Source of the DNA: a virus
Length of the DNA: 6,424 nucleotides
Reading direction: 5' to 3' (one strand)
IMG/VR virus record: IMGVR_UViG_2700989228_000060
Span: 1 to 6,424 of that record
A program made the translations under genes and the position numbers. Below the pieces are notes generated by a model that saw nothing but the letters and a program-made list of their open reading frames with translations, did no database searches and was not told the origin of the DNA. Below, one piece after another: positions 1 through 4,264 of the stretch. How positions within the stretch are numbered: position 1 is the stretch's first letter; the number at the start of each line of letters is the position of its first letter.

Positions 1-98
1 AATGAACTCATAATTAATAATTATTATTATTCGATGAAATCGGGATTAAATGTATCATTATATATTTTAGTCTTGTTAGCATCTTGTAAGTACTTGTA
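1..98. repeat. Terminal direct repeat, left copy, identical to 6327-6424. It marks a circular 6326-nt genome (assembly overlap). It contains the first 11 nt of VP1 (1-11) and the last 72 nt of the VP4 ORF including its stop codon (27-98).
   Basis: By-eye comparison base by base: the 98 nt starting aatgaactcataattaataatt and ending cttgtaagtacttgta occur at both window ends. The VP1 ATG at 6335-6337 corresponds to 9-11. Confidence 0.97.
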
Positions 99-1490
99 TT
101 GTTTCATACGGTTATTGATACCGAATTGTGAGTACTTTTGCTTAGATAATTCGACCTTTGTAGGGTCTAATTTATCATCAGTGTAAAACAAATCTTCGGC
201 AGTTTGTAAATCAATACCAAAACTTTCGCACACCCAAGACGCATTAGACCAAATAAAATCTTTATACCTTTCGAGCAGCTGCTCATAAAAGGTAGGATCT
301 ATACCCAACAAGTGGTGTATAGGTTGATGTAGGTTTTCTATGTATATCTTTTCATATTCTAATTGTTGTTTTAATAGGTAATAATCTTTGTTTTTATAAT
401 AGTTGTCCAATAGTCGGACATACTCACGAGTAGATACGCCAAATTCTTTACAGAAGCGAGCGCATTGTCTAGCACAGTAACAATCTATTGAGCTTTCGAA
501 GTGTTCTTTGACTTCTCTTTCTGGATGCTCTCTTTTATAACCATAAATTCGTAATTTTTCAACACTAGATAACGAGCGGTAGCCGCGACACTTTGGGAAA
601 AATCGCATTTCAAGCGCACGGGGAGGTTGAACATATACGGTAGATTGAGTGGCAATATCATATTGATAGTGTCCATAAGTTCCGTTAAAGGCATTTTTGA
701 GTAATTCCTTTTCATCATCCTCGCCATATCCGATAATAGGCGATTTACTTTGGACATGGAATGGACGGGTAAATTTAAGCTGTAGAAACGTTGGCAAACG
801 AGAATTGCCAGCAACGTATTTTGCAACGTACTGAGCGGCAGTGCTGTGGACGAGGCTTGGTTCTCGCACAGAACCATACGTCCAACTTTCACGGAGAAAT
901 TGCAAGATGTGCGCCATGATGGTTGGACTATCGAAGAATAAGATTGCATGATAATGCGGGCGGTAGGTTTTTCCGCCATACTCGGCAGCGAGGAAGTAAC
1001 GTAACGTTTGTGATTCATCTTTGATATTGTTTTTTTTGAATAAGTAAGCTATCTTTGCGCGTAAACGCTTGAAGAAACCTTGAACATCTTTAATATTGAA
1101 AGTCGGAATAATATACTTTCGATTATATTTATCATGATTGAGACGAATGTCAGCGGAGAAAGCGGGAATATCCAATATATCATAACAACCTTTTTCTATT
1201 GCAAATTGGCTAACATAGCGAAGATGTTCACCGTATTCATCTTGAATAGGTTCTAAAGAGTAATAGGGTATATGCTCGTTGTCATACGTCAGTGTAATGA
1301 ATAAGTTGTATCTATGCTTTTTGCACTCTAACTGTACACGATATGACCAATGTGAGCCTTTAGCGTTTAAGCACGCAGCACAATGTCTGCAAGGAGCATA
1401 AACAACCTCTTTTGTATAAGGGTTAATTATACGCTTTGGACTCAAACATCGGTCAATGTTAGGTAATTCGTCTACTTTATTAATAAACAT
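27..1490 (-). CDS. VP4: Replication initiation protein VP4, a rolling-circle HUH endonuclease of the Microviridae gene A / VP4 family
   Basis: 487-aa ORF. RCR motif 1 FITLTY lies at 1284-1301 and motif 2 HYHAILF (HUH) at 936-956. Motif 3 YVAKYV, with two catalytic Tyr in YxxKY spacing, lies at 813-830. There is an N-terminal Cys cluster (C15, then CRHCAAC at aa 34-40). All motifs were checked by back-translating the DNA. Confidence 0.93.
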   Translation of the reverse strand: MFINKVDELPNIDRCLSPKRIINPYTKEVVYAPCRHCAACLNAKGSHWSYRVQLECKKHRYNLFITLTYDNEHIPYYSLEPIQDEYGEHLRYVSQFAIEKGCYDILDIPAFSADIRLNHDKYNRKYIIPTFNIKDVQGFFKRLRAKIAYLFKKNNIKDESQTLRYFLAAEYGGKTYRPHYHAILFFDSPTIMAHILQFLRESWTYGSVREPSLVHSTAAQYVAKYVAGNSRLPTFLQLKFTRPFHVQSKSPIIGYGEDDEKELLKNAFNGTYGHYQYDIATQSTVYVQPPRALEMRFFPKCRGYRSLSSVEKLRIYGYKREHPEREVKEHFESSIDCYCARQCARFCKEFGVSTREYVRLLDNYYKNKDYYLLKQQLEYEKIYIENLHQPIHHLLGIDPTFYEQLLERYKDFIWSNASWVCESFGIDLQTAEDLFYTDDKLDPTKVELSKQKYSQFGINNRMKQYKYLQDANKTKIYNDTFNPDFIE

Positions 1491-1492
1491 AC

Positions 1493-1669
1493 CTAAGGAT
1501 TATTACGCTTTTTTGGATTGATAAACAAACCAAGTAAGAATGTAACGATATTGATAACTATCGTTGTTAGTGTACTAGCTTGTTCGGGGTCTAAACCGCC
1601 TTTACTAGCAGCGTAACTGTTAGCACCCATAGCTACAGCAGCTAATGCCATTAAAATTTTACTTTTCAT
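1493..1669 (-). CDS. Small membrane protein of 58 aa, a candidate holin-, pinholin- or spanin-like lysis accessory. It is not in the supplied ORF track, which lists nothing shorter than 62 aa.
   Basis: Hand translation gives MKSKILMALAAVAMGANSYAASKGGLDPEQASTLTTIVINIVTFLLGLFINPKKRNNP, then TAG at 1493-1495. It has an Ala/Gly-rich N-terminal hydrophobic segment and a C-terminal TM helix followed by a basic tail. It fills the gap between the peptidase and VP4 almost exactly, with the stop 2 nt before the VP4 ATG. Confidence 0.55.
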   Translation of the reverse strand: MKSKILMALAAVAMGANSYAASKGGLDPEQASTLTTIVINIVTFLLGLFINPKKRNNP

Positions 1670-1722
1670 AATTAAAGAATGAATTAAAAATTAATAATAT
1701 AATGAATAATTGAAGTAGTATA

Positions 1723-2052
1723 TCATTTAGGGTCATATTCTATATGGATATGGTCTTTTTCAAGAACTACGTCACAATCTCTAAGATTTGGATCAGAAGC
1801 AAGAGCATCATAAAAAAGATGTATTTCATCTTTTGGCTTATCGTTAATACGAACATCAAATGCTAAACCTTGATAATGTTTAGAGTTCTTCATATGTTTA
1901 CCGTCTGTTACAGAAGTAATAACCATTTTCTTAGGATTAAAGTACCTAAAATGAATATTAGAAGCATAAACAATTAAAGGGAACATAACAGGTTTTAAAC
2001 CCTCAATTTTAACACCAGATTTAAACTCAAATTGATTGATTAAATAGTACAT
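1723..2052 (-). CDS. Zinc peptidase of the M15 / LAS superfamily (D-Ala-D-Ala carboxypeptidase or L-Ala-D-Glu endopeptidase type), a probable endolysin
   Basis: 109-aa ORF. SKHYQGLAFD (aa 57-66, nt 1855-1884) matches the LAS zinc-site motif SxHxxGxAxD (H-x6-D). HIH (aa 101-103, nt 1744-1752) supplies the HxH third ligand. ITSVTDG occupies the position of the TSGYR-like motif in M15_3/M15_4-type domains. There is no signal peptide and no wall-binding domain. Confidence 0.85.
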   Translation of the reverse strand: MYYLINQFEFKSGVKIEGLKPVMFPLIVYASNIHFRYFNPKKMVITSVTDGKHMKNSKHYQGLAFDVRINDKPKDEIHLFYDALASDPNLRDCDVVLEKDHIHIEYDPK

Positions 2053-2416
2053 AATAAATAAATTTTAGTTACATGGTGCAAATATAATAAACTAGATAAT
2101 AACGATTATGAATATTACATTTTTTAACTATGTTTTAACATATAAGCAATAAAATCGGTTTTCTGTCAGTTTTTGTAATATATGCCAAGGGGAGACACAA
2201 CTTCGATAAGGTTTGAAGAAGTTGCACTTCGTGAAAACTGATTAATAATTTACATCATAAGTATAAATAATTGACATTTAAACACTTCTTCGAAGTAGAG
2301 CGGTATATTTTTAACGCAACAGAGTTGCGATTGCGTTTCCTCCTTTCATCAGGGCTCCAAACTAGTAAAAAGATTTTCCTTTTATGACGTTGCACTAAGC
2401 TTGGATATACAAGGAT
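2053..2416 (-). other. Large noncoding region of 364 nt, the only long gap in the genome. It is the candidate site of the promoter(s) and of the replication or complementary-strand origin.
   Basis: The longest ORFs found in the frames translated by hand, on either strand, are about 11-19 codons. The region is dense in hairpins and short repeats (see findings). It lies between the terminator at 2417-2443 and the first gene of the unidirectional gene array. Confidence 0.6.
2079..2086 (-). promoter_or_regulatory. Bacteroidota-type -7 promoter element TAnnTTTG (TATATTTG on the minus strand) upstream of the peptidase gene
   Basis: Plus-strand caaatata at 2079-2086 is TATATTTG on the minus strand, 26 nt upstream of the peptidase ATG (2052). 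No clean -33 TTTG was seen at the expected spacing. Confidence 0.3.
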
Positions 2417-2443
2417 AAAAAAAGCACCTACCGAAGTAAGTGC
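2417..2443 (-). terminator. Rho-independent terminator on the coding strand, with a UUCG tetraloop
   Basis: The minus-strand RNA reads GCACUUAC-UUCG-GUAGGUGC, an 8-bp stem with one G-U pair. Seven U residues follow directly (plus-strand A7 at 2417-2423). The stem starts 6 nt after the stop of the 40-aa ORF. Confidence 0.75.
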
Positions 2444-2449
2444 CTTTTA

Positions 2450-2572
2450 CTAGGAGAATAAGAAAGCAATAATAAAACATATTAAAGCTAATACATACTT
2501 AAATAATAATAAAGCAATAATAACATACAAAAATATACGTAATACTTTATACAACTTTTGTTTTTCGTTCAT
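2450..2572 (-). CDS. Hydrophobic micro-ORF of 40 aa, a putative small membrane protein. It is not in the supplied ORF track.
   Basis: Hand translation gives MNEKQKLYKVLRIFLYVIIALLLFKYVLALICFIIAFLFS, then TAG at 2450-2452. It has a polar, basic N-terminus followed by about 28 hydrophobic residues. It sits between the VP2 stop and the terminator. AT-rich sequence can produce such ORFs by chance. Confidence 0.4.
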   Translation of the reverse strand: MNEKQKLYKVLRIFLYVIIALLLFKYVLALICFIIAFLFS

Positions 2573-2590
2573 ATAATGTTATTTTTTGCA

Positions 2591-2598
2591 CAAATGTA
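2591..2598 (-). promoter_or_regulatory. Second TAnnTTTG-type motif (TACATTTG on the minus strand) between VP2 and the 40-aa ORF
   Basis: Plus-strand caaatgta at 2591-2598 lies 18 nt upstream of the micro-ORF ATG. Motif match only. Confidence 0.2.
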
Positions 2599-2604
2599 CA
2601 AATA

Positions 2605-3723
2605 CTATTTAACTTTACCCATTTTTTTAATCTTTTTAATATGTCCAACAGTTCTAACACCACCTTCAGCACCATTTATAATATCACCGCCACGGCGGAA
2701 CCACTTATCTGTATCGTAATCACCCAATCTTTTTAAAACATACTGATTATCAAGATAACCAGAATATACGTCTTGTTGTGTCTTTTGCAACGCTGCTTTA
2801 TATTGACCAACAATAAATTCCATAGATCTAGCCCTAGTAACATTATCCAAATGAATACCAGTTCTTTCCTCAACCTTTTTCAAAGTATCAGCAGCCTTGT
2901 TATTAATTTCGGCAAAACTAAGATTACGGTTAGTAATAGCATTCATACGGTTAGTATCTGAATTCTTAAGGTTTGCAATAGCATTCATGCGATTAGAATC
3001 CGCATTCTTATAACCTGTAATAGTTTCCATTGTCAGTTTTGCCATTTCAGCTTTAAACTGTTCTTCTGCATGTTTTTGTTTGAAGCCTAAATCAAATGAC
3101 GCTAAATCTTTTTGTATTTTTAATAAATCGGTTTCAGCTTGTGTCTTACCTACCAAAGCTTGTAACTGTGCAAGGTTCATATTATTAATATCTGGAAGTG
3201 TAAGATTATTAATATCTTGAGCCGTTTTCTCTGAATCAAGTTTACCTTTTTGACTTTTTTTTAACCCAATATCAGCTAAATAAACATCGTCTTTATGTAG
3301 ATTATCAATAGCAAGACCTTTTCTCTGTTCTTCTTTAATTTGAATATCAGCTTGCGCCTGCGACAAATCAATTAAATTACGAATAGAATTTTGAGACGCT
3401 GCTTGCAACGACTCACCAAATTGAGTAATAGGAGCAATTTGCGGAGCGTTAGGGGCTTGCATAGTAGATTGTTGACTACCACTTGAAATATTACCTAAAG
3501 CAAGATAAGGGTTAATACCAGCTTCTTCGTATCTAGCACGTTGAGCAGCGGGGGTATTATACGCATTTTGTTCACGTATCATATCACGATTAAACCGCAT
3601 TTGCTCATGAAACATATTCATTTGTGTTTCATTAGCGGAATTTTGTGCGAAAGCACCAATAGCACCACCAGCTAGAGAACCAACGGCAGAGATTAAAGAC
3701 GGAGCGATAGAAGAACTAGACAT
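2605..3723 (-). CDS. VP2: Minor capsid / DNA pilot protein VP2
   Basis: 372-aa ORF. It has a Gly/Ala/Ser-rich hydrophobic N-terminus (IAPSLISAVGSLAGGAIGAFA). The block that follows (NMFHEQMRFNRDMIREQNAYNTPAAQRARYEEAGINPYLALG) resembles what I remember of gokushovirus/alpavirus VP2 proteins. Downstream come a long Q/K/E/L-rich predicted coiled-coil region and a basic C-terminus. Confidence 0.85.
   Translation of the reverse strand: MSSSSIAPSLISAVGSLAGGAIGAFAQNSANETQMNMFHEQMRFNRDMIREQNAYNTPAAQRARYEEAGINPYLALGNISSGSQQSTMQAPNAPQIAPITQFGESLQAASQNSIRNLIDLSQAQADIQIKEEQRKGLAIDNLHKDDVYLADIGLKKSQKGKLDSEKTAQDINNLTLPDINNMNLAQLQALVGKTQAETDLLKIQKDLASFDLGFKQKHAEEQFKAEMAKLTMETITGYKNADSNRMNAIANLKNSDTNRMNAITNRNLSFAEINNKAADTLKKVEERTGIHLDNVTRARSMEFIVGQYKAALQKTQQDVYSGYLDNQYVLKRLGDYDTDKWFRRGGDIINGAEGGVRTVGHIKKIKKMGKVK
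2935..3010 (-). repeat. In-frame tandem duplication inside VP2, period 42 nt (14 aa)
   Basis: 2935-2968 and 2977-3010 match at 29 of 34 nt. They encode DSNRMNAIANLK and SDTNRMNAITNR. A partial third unit (acggttagta) occurs at 2926-2935. Confidence 0.8.
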
Positions 3724-3730
3724 ATAATTA

Positions 3731-3769
3731 AAAATTTAAAACCCTACCTAACAAGGCAGCTAGATAGGG
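3731..3769 (-). terminator. Terminator-like or attenuator hairpin between the VP3-like gene and VP2
   Basis: The minus-strand RNA reads CCCUAUCU-(12-nt loop)-AGGUAGGG, 8 bp with one G-U pair, followed by UUUUAAAUUUUU. The hairpin spans 3742-3769 and the U-rich tract 3731-3741. The large loop and interrupted U tract make it weaker than the 2417-2443 terminator. Confidence 0.4.
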
Positions 3770-3791
3770 CGAGTTAAACATATATATAAAA

Positions 3792-4253
3792 TTAAACTTG
3801 TGGTTCTGAAGTAGAAGTAGTAGAAATGTCAGAAGTATCGGGCAACGGTTCTGATTCTTCTTTCATTTCCTTTTCACTCAACAAAGCATCACGATACTCT
3901 TTAACATCCTCGAGATAACGATTAATCTCAACGGGGTCACTGATATACTTACTTGGTATCATCATCAATATATCATCATCACTTAAACCTTTGGTAGAAT
4001 TACGTGATTTAAGCTCTTGAAGATTAGATATAATAAGTTCTTTTTCGGAACGAGATACAAGAGGATTAAACAAGCGAGATAAATCACCGTCACGATGCCC
4101 AGTAACTGGGTTTATAGGTGAAAGAAGTTCTACACTTTCAGTTTCACATATTGGCATAGATGTAGGAACATTACCTACAAAATCGGGGGCAATATTAGAG
4201 GGACTATCATCCGCTACATATTGATTAAAAATAATACTTGAACGTAAATTCAT
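3792..4253 (-). CDS. Hypothetical acidic protein of 153 aa, possibly an internal scaffolding protein (VP3-like)
   Basis: The ORF is tightly packed, 11 nt after the VP1 stop. Its size and position among the structural genes fit a VP3-type scaffold. It has an acidic, Ser/Thr-rich C-terminal tail (EESEPLPDTSDISTTSTSEPQV). I recognise no diagnostic motif, so coding status is likely but the function is a guess. Confidence 0.6.
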   Translation of the reverse strand: MNLRSSIIFNQYVADDSPSNIAPDFVGNVPTSMPICETESVELLSPINPVTGHRDGDLSRLFNPLVSRSEKELIISNLQELKSRNSTKGLSDDDILMMIPSKYISDPVEINRYLEDVKEYRDALLSEKEMKEESEPLPDTSDISTTSTSEPQV

Positions 4254-4264
4254 AACTACATAAT

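Noticed and set aside
1-98. Terminal repeats considered as biological LTR, ITR or att-site duplications
   Set aside because: They are direct and perfectly identical, and they cut through the VP1 start and the VP4 C-terminus so that both genes are intact only after circularisation. That is the signature of a circular contig assembled with overlap, not of a mobile-element terminus.
2198-2224. CAACTT on both arms of the hairpin, resembling the start of the phiX174 origin (CAACTTGATATTAATAAC)
   Set aside because: Only 6 nt match and the rest of the 30-nt phiX174 origin is absent. This VP4 is very distant from phiX174 protein A, so the same recognition sequence is not expected. The point is kept only as a minor note within the noncoding-region finding.
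2335-2352. Hammerhead-ribozyme-like core on the coding strand (CUGAUGA ... GAAAC)
   Set aside because: The sequence between the two boxes (AAGGAG) cannot form helix II, and I could not build flanking helices I and III or a cleavage triplet. It is a chance co-occurrence of two short boxes.
2179-2409. Inverted repeat tatatgccaag (2179-2189) / cttggatata (2400-2409) that brackets most of the noncoding region, considered as MITE-like ends or a closing stem
   Set aside because: It is 10 bp with a 1-nt bulge in AT-rich sequence. A rough estimate over all position pairs in the region gives about one such match by chance. There are no target-site duplications.
2773-2961. 62-aa plus-strand ORF antisense to VP2
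   Set aside because: The same reasoning applies: a short antisense shadow ORF inside a confident gene.
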